64,000 nucleotides of DNA from a virus, in the IMG/VR virus record IMGVR_UViG_3300030107_006824, positions 6,255-70,254 of that record, one strand, 5' to 3'. The notes under the pieces are model-generated. The model searched no databases, had not been told where the DNA came from, and saw nothing but the letters and a program-made list of their open reading frames with translations. A program made the position numbers and the translations under genes. Positions 9,452-19,366 of this stretch are shown in pieces (positions within the stretch are counted from its first letter, which is position 1; each line of letters opens with the position of its first letter).

Positions 9452-9653
9452 AGCGTCTGGTGTAATTTTTAAGGAATCTGGAAACGGATATTTCAATGTT
9501 ACCCTTGATAAGCCTGAAGGCCACTCATGCCTATGTCGGGCATCTGGTAAATTAATTACCAGGAAAATACAATTACTTGTGGGCGATCGAGTAACAGTAG
9601 AATTATCTCCTTTTGATCTTTCAAGAGGAAGAATTACACTACGAGATAATTGA
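9426..9653 (+). CDS. infA: Translation initiation factor IF-1
   Basis: SGKL...IQLLVGDRVTVELSPFDLSRGRI matches the IF-1 signature. Confidence 0.93.
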   Translation: MSKKANIVEASGVIFKESGNGYFNVTLDKPEGHSCLCRASGKLITRKIQLLVGDRVTVELSPFDLSRGRITLRDN

Positions 9654-9694
9654 TTCTACATTTAATTACACTTATTATTACTAACTAAATTATC

Positions 9695-10123
9695 ATGCCA
9701 ACAATTAGCAAACACACAACAAATGCAATTCATTTTAGAGAAGCTTATTCTCAACCAATGAACTTAGATTTTGTTGATTCAGATGGCAACTTCTTTGAAG
9801 ATCTTATTGATTTACAAGCCAGACTTATCAAAGAAGAAACAATGGAATTCATTGAAGCAGTAGAAGATTTATATTTAGATCCTTCTACTGATGGTAAAGC
9901 GGCTCTGCTCAAAGAATTAGCAGACATTTTGTTTGTATGTTTCCAGTTTGCTGCAGCCTTTGATTTGGATTTGGATGAAGCTTCTCAAAGAGTATTCATG
10001 TCAAACATGAGTAAACTAGGTAACAACGGTAAACCTATATATCGAGAAGACGGAAAAGTATTGAAAGGCCCAAATTACACTGAACCTAATTTATTCAATC
10101 TTGTACAGGAGACTGTAAAATGA
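9695..10123 (+). CDS. MazG-like NTP pyrophosphohydrolase (DR2231/PRA-PH type)
   Basis: LIKEETMEF, KELADILFV, SNMSK...GKPIYREDGKVLKGPNY. Confidence 0.9.
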   Translation: MPTISKHTTNAIHFREAYSQPMNLDFVDSDGNFFEDLIDLQARLIKEETMEFIEAVEDLYLDPSTDGKAALLKELADILFVCFQFAAAFDLDLDEASQRVFMSNMSKLGNNGKPIYREDGKVLKGPNYTEPNLFNLVQETVK

Positions 10124-11538
10124 AAAAAGAAACTGATCACTTTATAGCTCGTACTGGTCGAGTTCAAGACTGGATTGATAATGCAGAAGACCGTTTACCA
10201 GTCAGCTGCACTGTTTATGTAGTGGATGATTCTTGTGAAGGAAATGACGGCATTGAAGCTTCTTGGCGTTTCTGTTCTCATGCTTTGCGTAATGGTGCTG
10301 GTGTGGCTGTCCACCTATCAAACTTACGTCCAAGAGGTTCTGAAAACGGTAGGGGATTAACAGCCTCAGGCCCAGTAAGCTTTGGCAAAATCTATAGTGT
10401 TCTTAATGAAGTATTAAGAAGAGGCGGCGTCTTTAAGAACGGTGCTGTAGTCCTTCATCTTGACATTTGTCATGAAGACATTATTGAGTTCTGTGAAGCT
10501 TCAAGAGCTGAACTTCCATGGGCTAAGAAGTGCGTGGACCTTACGCCAGCAATGTGGAATGACTCATCTGTCGAAACTAAAGCGGCAGTTATTGAAGGAA
10601 TTAAAAGAGGAGATGTTTGGCTATCTAAAATTAAACACGACAAAAAAGGTCAACGCATCTACTCAAATGTCTGCCTTGAGGTTTACCTAAAGAGCAGAGG
10701 CACTTGTCTCTTAGAGCATGTGAATCTAGGTATTTGTACCGTAGATGAGATTCCTGAAGCGTTTAAGGCAGCAATGTCTGAACTGGTAAATCTACATCCC
10801 TCAACTGGTGTAAGTAAAACCAATGAGTATCTGCCAACTACTGTTGATAAACAGGTGGGTCTAGGGATGCTCGGTTTGGCTAACCTTCTTGCTCTAGAAG
10901 GAGTTACGTACAAAGAGTTTGCTGATGCTTTAGATAATTATCTTCATCCAGGCACTTCTGTAATAGTGACTCGAAAAGCAGCTAAAATTGTAGAAGCTCT
11001 AAACTCAGGAATTTCTGAAGCAGCTCATATTGCAAGATCTCACTTTATGGAGAGAGCCTTTGCAATTGCTCCTACAGCTTCTTGTAGTTATCGCTATCAA
11101 GACAGAGCAGGCTATACCACTGCCCCCGAGATCGCACCACCGATCGGGCGCGTTGTGGATAGGGACAGCTCCACATTCGGTGTATCACAATACGACTACG
11201 GCAATGTAGAAACTGCTGAAGAAGTTGGTTGGGATAGTTACTTCCGTGTAGCCAACGGCATCATGGAAATGCTTCAAAGTACAGGATTATGTCACGGTTA
11301 TTCATTCAATAGCTGGAGTGATGTAGTTACATATGACGAAGAGTTCATACAAAGCTGGTTGGATTCTCCCCAGACAAGTATGTATTACTCTTTACAAGTC
11401 ATGCAAAACACTCAAGCTAAGGATGATGCATTGACTGCCTTAGATGAGGACTTTAGAGCCCTCTTCGATATGACTGAAACTGAGATAATTGTAGACCAAT
11501 ACAACGGCCCAGGTGAATGCGTGGGTTGTGCTGAGTAA
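10120..11538 (+). CDS. nrdA: Ribonucleotide reductase alpha subunit (short cyanophage class I type)
   Basis: PVSC, NVCLE, GTCLL, AIAPTASCS, SMYY, C-terminal CVGC. Confidence 0.93.
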   Translation: MKKETDHFIARTGRVQDWIDNAEDRLPVSCTVYVVDDSCEGNDGIEASWRFCSHALRNGAGVAVHLSNLRPRGSENGRGLTASGPVSFGKIYSVLNEVLRRGGVFKNGAVVLHLDICHEDIIEFCEASRAELPWAKKCVDLTPAMWNDSSVETKAAVIEGIKRGDVWLSKIKHDKKGQRIYSNVCLEVYLKSRGTCLLEHVNLGICTVDEIPEAFKAAMSELVNLHPSTGVSKTNEYLPTTVDKQVGLGMLGLANLLALEGVTYKEFADALDNYLHPGTSVIVTRKAAKIVEALNSGISEAAHIARSHFMERAFAIAPTASCSYRYQDRAGYTTAPEIAPPIGRVVDRDSSTFGVSQYDYGNVETAEEVGWDSYFRVANGIMEMLQSTGLCHGYSFNSWSDVVTYDEEFIQSWLDSPQTSMYYSLQVMQNTQAKDDALTALDEDFRALFDMTETEIIVDQYNGPGECVGCAE

Positions 11539-11553
11539 CTCAATGGATTTATT

Positions 11554-12285
11554 ATGAAACCTTCAACACCTTACATACAGCTTCACCAACGTAAGCGCAC
11601 ATGGACTCCTGTTCAAATGAGTGCTGGGCAGCTTTTGCCTGGTGGTGAAGAAGTTGTTCAACGTGCATTAGCACTTCGTATCCTTGAGATACCTGTAGGT
11701 GACTTCATTACCAATGCAATGAAAGGCGATCTGCCTGATGCAGAAGGTGTCAAGGAGCTTTTACTTTCCAATATCAATGATGAAGTCAACCATGATCAAG
11801 CCCTTGGGTATGCGGCTGAAGCGCATCCAGTGCCGGATAAAGTACAGAAGGAAGCAGACTTGGTCGCCAAAACCTGGATCGACTTTGACATCCACCCAGT
11901 TCTTAAAGCTGCAGTCCTTGAACGTTCCGTATTCTTTGTGCTCCTGCCAATCTTTAGGTTTTTGGGGGACACGGGGCTGCGCACAATTTCTGCGGACATC
12001 AGCCGAGATGAACAGACCCATGTCGCGGCCCACACCTTAGTTGCTAAGGAAGTAGGTGCTTCTTCTAATAAAGCTTTAAATGCTTTACGTAGAGCAACTG
12101 TTAGTTGGGTCGTAGAACCATTAAATGGAGAAGCTGAAGATAGAAATCTATCTGCTAACTACTGGTTAGCACAAAGTGATTCCCTTTATAAGAGTGGCAA
12201 AGCCCCTGGATTAGCTGCTACAAGAGCTAGCAGGCAACCTGCATTTTTTGAAACATCAAACGTCAATCTACCGCAGTACGCCTAG
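11554..12285 (+). CDS. nrdB: Ribonucleotide reductase beta subunit (ferritin-like)
   Basis: Directly after the alpha gene; E...DEVNH...LE...DEQTH dimetal ligands. Confidence 0.88.
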   Translation: MKPSTPYIQLHQRKRTWTPVQMSAGQLLPGGEEVVQRALALRILEIPVGDFITNAMKGDLPDAEGVKELLLSNINDEVNHDQALGYAAEAHPVPDKVQKEADLVAKTWIDFDIHPVLKAAVLERSVFFVLLPIFRFLGDTGLRTISADISRDEQTHVAAHTLVAKEVGASSNKALNALRRATVSWVVEPLNGEAEDRNLSANYWLAQSDSLYKSGKAPGLAATRASRQPAFFETSNVNLPQYA

Positions 12286-12316
12286 TTACAATAGTAATAT
12301 TGACTAGAGAATACTC

Positions 12317-12769
12317 ATGCCTGCCAATTTTTTAATTGTGAATGATCCATTCACCAGGCCTACGCCTACTGGCAGTATGAGTGGTGTCCGGCCTATGGAT
12401 GCTTCTTCATATGCTGTTAAAGGTATATTTGCAGGACAGCGGCCCGAAGTACAAGCTCTTGCCGGCCTGTTTGGCGGAGACATTCAAAATTCGCTTGAAC
12501 TTAATGACCCCACAGGAACGGTGGGTGTCTCTATGAATGGCGGACTGTCTCTTAAACCGGCACACGGTCATTGGAATGCAGAGATAAATACTCAAGGTGG
12601 ATACTTCGGATTTGATTCAAGTGGTAACCAGCCTGGCCCTACCAATAATATTCAGATTGATGGCTTACCTGAAGAAGAACCTGGATATAGACTTCCTACT
12701 GCAAATCATGTTGCTAACCAAATGATCAATACCTACCGGCAGGAAACTCCGGGTTGGTGGAGACCTTAG
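12317..12769 (+). CDS. Hypothetical protein with its own promoter
   Basis: TACAAT upstream; G/P/N-rich. Confidence 0.55.
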   Translation: MPANFLIVNDPFTRPTPTGSMSGVRPMDASSYAVKGIFAGQRPEVQALAGLFGGDIQNSLELNDPTGTVGVSMNGGLSLKPAHGHWNAEINTQGGYFGFDSSGNQPGPTNNIQIDGLPEEEPGYRLPTANHVANQMINTYRQETPGWWRP

Positions 12770-12902
12770 TGCAAACATAAGCACCAGGGGAACCTTGACA
12801 CACCACATCATTCACTAAAACTTTATTAGATGTTACTAAACTGCTGCCAACACCACCAAGTAATTGCATGCAACTTAAAGTAGTGCAGAGTACTTGACCC
12901 AT
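12726..12902 (-). CDS. Small Cys-containing hypothetical protein (58 aa)
   Basis: Manual translation MGQVLCTTLSCMQLLGG...; TAGAGT hexamer upstream. Confidence 0.4.
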   Translation of the reverse strand: MGQVLCTTLSCMQLLGGVGSSLVTSNKVLVNDVVCQGSPGAYVCTKVSTNPEFPAGRY

Positions 12903-12965
12903 GATTAACCTTCAACTGATATTACTCTAGCCTTAACTTAAACATTTTACAACTATCTATTACTT

Positions 12966-13604
12966 ATGACACATACAGCTGAACTTGTCTGGATTACACC
13001 AGACGCAGAGAAGCTTGTCGGAAAAATTGCTAGGGTATCTAACCCAGCTAATGAAGATAATCCTGACTACGAAAAACTTCTACGATATTTAATCAAGCAC
13101 AAGCACTGGTCTCCATTTGAGATGGTTAGTATGTGTGTTGAGATTGAGACTACTAGAGCTATCTCACCTCAGATACTGAGGCATAGAAGCTTTAGCTTCC
13201 AAGAATTTTCACAACGATATGCAGTTGCTGCTGAAGTAGAACTTCCTACTTTACGTAGACAAGATACCACTAATAGACAAAATTCTATTGATGATTTAGA
13301 TCTTAGAGTAAAAGGTAATCTTGATGCAATGATAACCCATCATAATGCTATGTCTATGAATCTCTATAAACACTTACTTAAACAAGGAGTGGCTAAAGAG
13401 TGTGCTCGTGCAGTTCTACCTTTGAATACAAAGACTAGAATGTATATGTCCGGTACTATCAGAAGTTGGCTTCATTACTGCGATCTACGTGCTTGGCACG
13501 GCACTCAATGGGAGCACACAAAAATTGCGCTTCAAATAATGAATATACTAAAAGAACAAGTTCCAACAATATCCGCAGCAATGTGGCCTACTGAACATGT
13601 CTGA
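12966..13604 (+). CDS. thyX: Flavin-dependent thymidylate synthase
   Basis: HWSPFE, RHRSFSFQEFSQRY, ECARAVLP, Q-W-E-H. Confidence 0.97.
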   Translation: MTHTAELVWITPDAEKLVGKIARVSNPANEDNPDYEKLLRYLIKHKHWSPFEMVSMCVEIETTRAISPQILRHRSFSFQEFSQRYAVAAEVELPTLRRQDTTNRQNSIDDLDLRVKGNLDAMITHHNAMSMNLYKHLLKQGVAKECARAVLPLNTKTRMYMSGTIRSWLHYCDLRAWHGTQWEHTKIALQIMNILKEQVPTISAAMWPTEHV

Positions 13605-13758
13605 ACGTTATGAACGCTACAAAAAAGGATTTGAAGTTGCCAAAAAATTTAATAACGCAATGTTTATGGCTAGCATCAACCGTGAGTTACAAATCATGGA
13701 AGCAGCTGGTGAAAAATCTGAACCTGAAGATCCCCCAAATGAAGACAAACCTGATTAA
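13597..13758 (+). CDS. Small hypothetical protein (53 aa)
   Basis: Manual translation MSERYERYKKGFEVAKKFNN...; coupled to the thyX stop. Confidence 0.55.
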   Translation: MSERYERYKKGFEVAKKFNNAMFMASINRELQIMEAAGEKSEPEDPPNEDKPD

Positions 13759-13787
13759 TATAGTGACTGTACAACGTATCAGTCATA

Positions 13788-14447
13788 ATGAATTTTATAT
13801 GTGCAACCGTTGAACTCAAATCCTTTGTGGGAGATCCTATTAATGCCTATGGGCTGGATTATTGCGGTGCTAACGCTTGTGTGCCCGGTAACGGCAGTAG
13901 TAGTGAAGTTCGATTCCGACTTCTCTGTTACGACAGACAAGGTCCAAAACTCCAATCATTCCTTGACTGGAAACCTGGAACAAGGGCACTTATAACAGGC
14001 AACCTTATGTTCAATGAGGATACAGCACAACCACTGGATTTAATTGTCACAACGATTGAGCCGTCTATACCTCAAGAAATGTATTGCAATCAAGTCGTTT
14101 TAGGTAACGCTTTCTTTGCTACAGGGGAAATCAAGGAAAGGAAAAATGGCATTCAAGCTGTCAAGATTGGTAGTACACTCGACAATTCGGATGTAACTAC
14201 TTGGCTATTTATGGAAACTAATGAATCAAGGAAAAAGAAACTCAATGACAGAATTCGGAAAGGTCGTGCAATTTGCGTCCATGGATATATACGTGAATAT
14301 CGGAAGGAAGGTGACGAAAGCGCTTACAGGGCTATCGTCGCAAATGACTTCACAACTAGAAAAGACTACGAAAGGTCTGGATCAAGTCCACAATCGTCTG
14401 GTACGGCAGCGGGCTATGCGGAAGTAGATCCTACTCCTGATTTTTAA
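13788..14447 (+). CDS. Tandem OB-fold single-stranded DNA-binding protein
   Basis: Two SSB-like halves (KPGTRALITGNL and RKGRAICVHGYI) and an acidic EVDPTPDF tip. Confidence 0.7.
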   Translation: MNFICATVELKSFVGDPINAYGLDYCGANACVPGNGSSSEVRFRLLCYDRQGPKLQSFLDWKPGTRALITGNLMFNEDTAQPLDLIVTTIEPSIPQEMYCNQVVLGNAFFATGEIKERKNGIQAVKIGSTLDNSDVTTWLFMETNESRKKKLNDRIRKGRAICVHGYIREYRKEGDESAYRAIVANDFTTRKDYERSGSSPQSSGTAAGYAEVDPTPDF

Positions 14448-14452
14448 TATAG

Positions 14453-14572
14453 ATGTTACTGACATTTTGTTTGACTTTTCTATTAATTACTCTGACAGGC
14501 TATGGAGTCTGGCTAGGGTTTGGTAAACCAAGCAAACAATTAGAGGATCCTTTCGATAATCATGACGATTAA
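14453..14572 (+). CDS. psbN: PsbN photosystem biogenesis factor (39 aa)
   Basis: MLLTFCLTFLLITLTGYGVWLGFGKPSKQLEDPFDNHDD matches the PsbN signature TGY...FGxPSxxLxDPFxxHxD. Confidence 0.9.
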   Translation: MLLTFCLTFLLITLTGYGVWLGFGKPSKQLEDPFDNHDD

Positions 14573-14583
14573 CCAACTCTCTC

Positions 14584-14604
14584 GCCCCATACAGGGGCTT
14601 TTTT
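14584..14604 (+). terminator. Rho-independent terminator
   Basis: GCCCC-ATACA-GGGGC plus T6. Confidence 0.75.
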
Positions 14605-14605
14605 A

Positions 14606-14833
14606 ATGAAACTAACTGAACTTACTGACGAACAGTACAAAAATTTTTTGCTAGGTGTAGCAGAAACCGTTGTTGATAACATGGATTTCAAAACAATGAT
14701 AGCGATTATTTGTGACGAGTTAGTTGCAGACTACGAAACATATAATAAAGAAGATTTTGAAATAGAACTATGTGAATGGTTTGAAGAAGCTAAGTTCAAT
14801 GCCATTCTTAATAAAGTTACACAAAAATCCTAA
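14606..14833 (+). CDS. Hypothetical protein
   Basis: 75-aa acidic helical ORF. Confidence 0.55.
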   Translation: MKLTELTDEQYKNFLLGVAETVVDNMDFKTMIAIICDELVADYETYNKEDFEIELCEWFEEAKFNAILNKVTQKS

Positions 14834-15099
14834 ACTCTGGGTAAATTAAGATATTCTTTCAGTAACCTCATATTCTCTAAAACACTTCGGCCAACCTTTG
14901 ACTTTCGCATTCCCTCATTGTATAAACGTCTTACTGTATCTTTATCCTGAGGTACGTCCATAAATCTGCCTGGATTAGGGTTTTGTGATATGTGGCCTAA
15001 TGTTTTATCAGGAAATTCCCAAAGCATTTCAGGTGATCCTTGCCCTAAAATTGAAACAAGTTTATTTATATCATATTCAGAACCTGCCATTCTTGTCAT
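14830..15099 (-). CDS. Hypothetical protein, solitary on the opposite strand
   Basis: 89-aa ORF starting MTRMAG. Confidence 0.5.
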   Translation of the reverse strand: MTRMAGSEYDINKLVSILGQGSPEMLWEFPDKTLGHISQNPNPGRFMDVPQDKDTVRRLYNEGMRKSKVGRSVLENMRLLKEYLNLPRV

Positions 15100-15161
15100 C
15101 TAATTAACCCACAATAATACTTGAATGTGTCTATATTTAAATAGTCTTACTTATATGATAC

Positions 15162-15899
15162 ATGGCTTTACAAGTATTACCCCCAGAACTAACACAAGAA
15201 AAAGATCGAATTGAAACTAAAGAACCACAACCTTATTGGAAACCAAGCTCACTTAAAGATGGAGAATCAGAAGAATTCCGATTACTCGGATGCTATGAAA
15301 CAGGTCACGCCATTGTTGGATGGCAGTATGCCTCAGAAGTTTTGGATGATAAATCTGGTGAACTTCGCTTTAATGGCTTTGTCGTCACTAGGTCTCATCC
15401 TGGTAATCCCTCTGATATTTCAAGAGAGACCGACTGGTCGAAACCTGATCGACCAAAAATCGATGGGAGTTTCGTCAAACCCAAGCGTTTCCTTGCGTGG
15501 GTTGCAACCAGCGCATCACGCGGGCGATTAGAAGTTTTGTTTATTGAACAAAAGTCTCTTCGTGAACAACTAACTGAAATCCTACAGGAAGATGAAGACT
15601 ACACCTGGACCGAAGAAGGTCTCGCTAATTTCTCGATTAAAATCAGCCGTAAAGGTACGGGCCTTGAGACGTCGTATTCGATCTTACCAAAGGTACGTAA
15701 AGTTCCTGAAAAGGTCAAATCCGAATGGGAATCTCAACGAACTAGTATATGGCTCCCCAACTTCTTTGAAGGGAAAGATCCTTTTGATGGATCTGCAACT
15801 GATGAGAAAGGTTTACCGGCTGGTGGAGTTGACAAAAGAGGAAGCACAGTATTACCAAAAAAAGCTACAACAAAAGTAAATGAAACCACTGAATTCTAA
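15162..15899 (+). CDS. Putative gp32-like ssDNA-binding protein
   Basis: LKDGESEEFRLL ... IKISRKGTGLETSYSILP pattern; ends ETTEF. Confidence 0.6.
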   Translation: MALQVLPPELTQEKDRIETKEPQPYWKPSSLKDGESEEFRLLGCYETGHAIVGWQYASEVLDDKSGELRFNGFVVTRSHPGNPSDISRETDWSKPDRPKIDGSFVKPKRFLAWVATSASRGRLEVLFIEQKSLREQLTEILQEDEDYTWTEEGLANFSIKISRKGTGLETSYSILPKVRKVPEKVKSEWESQRTSIWLPNFFEGKDPFDGSATDEKGLPAGGVDKRGSTVLPKKATTKVNETTEF

Positions 15900-16270
15900 T
15901 GCCTAATTCATTCAACAATTTGCCGCCTGAACTTCAGGCACGAATCACTAGTATCCTTTCACAGGGTCAAGCTCATTCTTCTGAGCAAGTAATGCCTACA
16001 GTTCCAGCTCCATCTGCAGTATCTCCCTCTGAAGAATCATCTTCTGCTTTAGCTCAAAAAGCTCCATCATTGATGGATCATGTTTGTGCATTGAGGTCTG
16101 AAGTAAATGCTTTGTCTAAGCAGATGCATGCATCTGCACAAGTAACCGAGGCGGTAGGAAATGCGGTGACTCAACTTTACAATATGTTTCGTGAGCAAAC
16201 CCAGCCTACAAATTACAGCGCAAATTTCCAAACGCAAAAACCGAGTTTAAATGATGATGATGACTTCTGA
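15899..16270 (+). CDS. Hypothetical coiled-coil protein with acidic -DDDDF tail
   Basis: TAATG-coupled ORF. Confidence 0.6.
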   Translation: MPNSFNNLPPELQARITSILSQGQAHSSEQVMPTVPAPSAVSPSEESSSALAQKAPSLMDHVCALRSEVNALSKQMHASAQVTEAVGNAVTQLYNMFREQTQPTNYSANFQTQKPSLNDDDDF

Positions 16271-17033
16271 TATACCTTATCGTATTCAGACACCTTCAGG
16301 TTATCGTAAATATCTTTGTTCAGGCTTGTATCTACCATCAGTAACTACAGTACTATCTGCTACTGAAACTGAAAAGTCAAAAGCCGGTTTAAAAACATGG
16401 CAAGCTAATAATCCTGGTGCATTAGAAGAGGCAAGCGTTAGAGGATCTGCTATACATAAATGTTGCGAAAATCACATTAGAGGTCTTCCTATTGATTGTC
16501 CTGATGAATATCAGGGATTTTGGAACGGAATGCCCCAATACCTTGACTGGTTTGATACCATACATTGGTCAGAGCGACCACTAAGATCTGACTGGTATCA
16601 CTTACGTAGCGACGATAAGGAGGTTTCATTTGTATGGAGCACTGAACATAAATATGCAGGATGCCCTGATCTTATTGGAGAAATTGGTGGTGTAAAAGTT
16701 ATTGCCGACTTTAAAACCAGCAATGGTCCTTATATGAATAGATTTCCTGACAAAGGAGATCGTATGGGTTTTGGAGGATTTAGGAAGTATCAAAAATGCG
16801 CTCAACAAATGGCAGCTTATAGGTTGGCATTAGAGGAGCGTACAGGTTATAAATGTGATGTAGCATTAATCATTGTATCTACTGAAAATATCACTCAGGG
16901 TATTTTCATTGATAGTGATCAAATGGATTTATATGAATCACGTTTTCTAAAAAGAGTAAACCAATTCCACGAAACGGAAAAAACGAATGAAAATAAAGAT
17001 TGCAGTCCACAAAAATTGCAAAAACAAGACTAA
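16251..17033 (+). CDS. PD-(D/E)XK exonuclease (Cas4/MGME1-like)
   Basis: PSVTTVL, RGSAIH, AGCPD, ADFKTS, QMAAY. Confidence 0.88.
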   Translation: MMMMTSDIPYRIQTPSGYRKYLCSGLYLPSVTTVLSATETEKSKAGLKTWQANNPGALEEASVRGSAIHKCCENHIRGLPIDCPDEYQGFWNGMPQYLDWFDTIHWSERPLRSDWYHLRSDDKEVSFVWSTEHKYAGCPDLIGEIGGVKVIADFKTSNGPYMNRFPDKGDRMGFGGFRKYQKCAQQMAAYRLALEERTGYKCDVALIIVSTENITQGIFIDSDQMDLYESRFLKRVNQFHETEKTNENKDCSPQKLQKQD

Positions 17034-19206
17034 CCCACAAAAAGTTGCTAAAGGTTGGTCAAACATTGTTGAAGATTTAACGTGGCTAGAAGGATGGGTA
17101 AAGGCTGGCTATGGCTGGTGTGCTACCCATTTTTTAAATCGTCATCGTAAATCTGAAAACGCAAGCGGCAGCAACATTATTGTTGTTGATATTGATGGTG
17201 ATACAACGTTAACAAAGTTCTGGTCTACCACCACTGCTAAAAAATGGTGTGCTGGTACTTACACCTCGGCTAGTCATAGCGATGAAGAGCATAGGTTCAG
17301 AGCTTTATTTCCTCTTGAAATAGCACTAGATACTATCAGCCAACACAGAGGGGCATACTGGCTAATTGCTGATAGATTAGTTGCTGAATTAGGTCTTGAG
17401 ACACTTAAAGATAATTGCGGTCAGAAACCTGAACGACTTTGGTATGGCAACACTAATGCAGTATTTCAATGGAATAATGAAGCCTGTGTACCTTCATTTC
17501 TTCTAGAAGATATTGACTATGAAGAACCAGTCGAATTCAACAAAAGCGATATATCTGATCAAGATATTGAACGCTGTAAGTGGCTGCTACAGAACTTCCT
17601 ACGTCCTTCTGAAGACGGTGAGTATGAATCTATGTACGTACCTGTTATGGCTGCTTGTGCGGCTATAGGTACCGTTATGTTTGACTCGTGGGTCGAATGG
17701 GTATTAAAAGGTCATCACGGAGAAAAAGAAGATAACATTCGTCCGTATAAGTGGAAAGGTTTAGGTAACTATAGTGGCCCAGCTAAATTGTATTCTTTAG
17801 CTAAAAAGCAAGATATAAATTGGACTAGGAATTTACCCTCCAATCTTAGTTTTAGAGCTGCAGGAGCTGCTGTAGGTTACACAGAAGTTGATCCAATTGT
17901 TGACTTAGATTCTATACTAGATTCTAAACAACCTGATCAATCAGATCCAATACCAGAGCCTTTACCTGATGCTCAGCAAGTTAAACGTAAAGGTCGCCCT
18001 AAGCGTACAAATGATGATGCCGCTAAAGAACGTGAAAATGACGTTAAAAAAGTTAAGGAGATTTTAAGTGACCTCCGTAAGAACGAATTAACTGGCGCTA
18101 TTGAATATACAAGTCCAACTAATGAGACTATAAGTCTACAAGGTAACGACCTTGATATCATGACTACTAAGTTAGCTTGTGAACATGGAGTATTTATACC
18201 TGAACCCAGAATAAAATCAGCCATTCATTACGCCGCCAGTAAAAATACTTACTGTCCTATCAGGAAATACCTTGATACCTGTAGTGCTCATAGTAAACCT
18301 CATCCTGATTGGGAGAGAATTGGGCAAATATTCTTAGGTAATCGTCATCATATTGCAACTCTTGCAATGCAAAGAATGATGATCGGTGCTGTTGCCCGTG
18401 CATACAATCCAGGTTGCTCAATGTCTTGGCTTCCAATCTTAGTGGGAGCACAAGGTGTAGGTAAGTCTATGTTTAGTAGGTACTTAGTTCCCGATAAGCT
18501 TTTCAGTGAAATAACGATTCCACTGGAAACATTAATGAAAGAACAGTATCGTTTACATGTAGCGTGGTTACTTGAACTTCCTGAGATTGATAATTATTTC
18601 AATGCACGTAATATTGAGAACTTTAAAAATCTAGTAACTACTAGATGTGATGAAGTTCGCTTCCCCTATGCATCATTACCTACAAAATTGCATAGAAGGT
18701 TTGTTATGATTGGTACTACCAATAGGAATCAATTCCTTGTAGATAGTACAGGGAATCGTAGGTTTGTTCCTCTTGAAGTAGGTACAGGGTTTCAAGTTCC
18801 CTGGAATCGACTGTCTGAAGAACGAGATAGTATCTGGTCAGCAGCAGTCAAGGCCTACCGTAATGGAGATAGATATGAATTTGATAGCGGTGAAATTGCT
18901 GCTATTGCTGAGTACATTCAAGAGTTTGGTGATCCAGATCCTTGGATGGAAAAGATAGTTCAATATATCTCTCATAGAGTTGAAGTTACCGCAGCTGAAG
19001 TTTTAACAAGTGCTCTTGATATTGATCCTAAACAGCAAGGTCGTAGAGAGTCTAGACGTGTAGCAGATGTACTACAAACTATGGGTTGGCGTCGTTTAGT
19101 TACTAGCCGAAAGGATAAAACTACTGGACGACAAAAGAGTGTACGAATCTGGCAACGTCCTAAAGATGATCCCCTGCCTGAAAATCATATCTTAAATGAC
19201 TTCTAA
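16987..19206 (+). CDS. Primase-helicase: AEP-like N-domain, PriCT-2, VapE/VirE P-loop helicase
   Basis: VVDIDG and SASH...HRFR primase motifs; GAQGVGKS Walker A; GTTN...FLVDSTGNRRF. Confidence 0.9.
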   Translation: MKIKIAVHKNCKNKTNPQKVAKGWSNIVEDLTWLEGWVKAGYGWCATHFLNRHRKSENASGSNIIVVDIDGDTTLTKFWSTTTAKKWCAGTYTSASHSDEEHRFRALFPLEIALDTISQHRGAYWLIADRLVAELGLETLKDNCGQKPERLWYGNTNAVFQWNNEACVPSFLLEDIDYEEPVEFNKSDISDQDIERCKWLLQNFLRPSEDGEYESMYVPVMAACAAIGTVMFDSWVEWVLKGHHGEKEDNIRPYKWKGLGNYSGPAKLYSLAKKQDINWTRNLPSNLSFRAAGAAVGYTEVDPIVDLDSILDSKQPDQSDPIPEPLPDAQQVKRKGRPKRTNDDAAKERENDVKKVKEILSDLRKNELTGAIEYTSPTNETISLQGNDLDIMTTKLACEHGVFIPEPRIKSAIHYAASKNTYCPIRKYLDTCSAHSKPHPDWERIGQIFLGNRHHIATLAMQRMMIGAVARAYNPGCSMSWLPILVGAQGVGKSMFSRYLVPDKLFSEITIPLETLMKEQYRLHVAWLLELPEIDNYFNARNIENFKNLVTTRCDEVRFPYASLPTKLHRRFVMIGTTNRNQFLVDSTGNRRFVPLEVGTGFQVPWNRLSEERDSIWSAAVKAYRNGDRYEFDSGEIAAIAEYIQEFGDPDPWMEKIVQYISHRVEVTAAEVLTSALDIDPKQQGRRESRRVADVLQTMGWRRLVTSRKDKTTGRQKSVRIWQRPKDDPLPENHILNDF

Positions 19207-19361
19207 TGAATTTTACACCCAAACAATTAGATCTAATTATGTGGTGTGTAGAACAAGAAGCTTTATATTTCAATGATGATCAACTAACAGTAGCTGAAAG
19301 CATCTACGAAATGATAAGCACTTACCACAAGGATATGCGTAAACATTACAAAAAGAGCTAA
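19206..19361 (+). CDS. Small hypothetical protein (51 aa)
   Basis: TAATG-coupled; manual translation MNFTPKQLDLIMWCVE... Confidence 0.5.
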   Translation: MNFTPKQLDLIMWCVEQEALYFNDDQLTVAESIYEMISTYHKDMRKHYKKS

Positions 19362-19366
19362 AAATT

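Noticed and set aside
13610-13813. 67-aa ORF-track call
   Set aside because: The alternative frame 13597-13758 is coupled to thyX and does not overlap the SSB gene.
16251-17033. Cas4 as part of a CRISPR system
   Set aside because: No array or other cas genes; the context is the replication operon.
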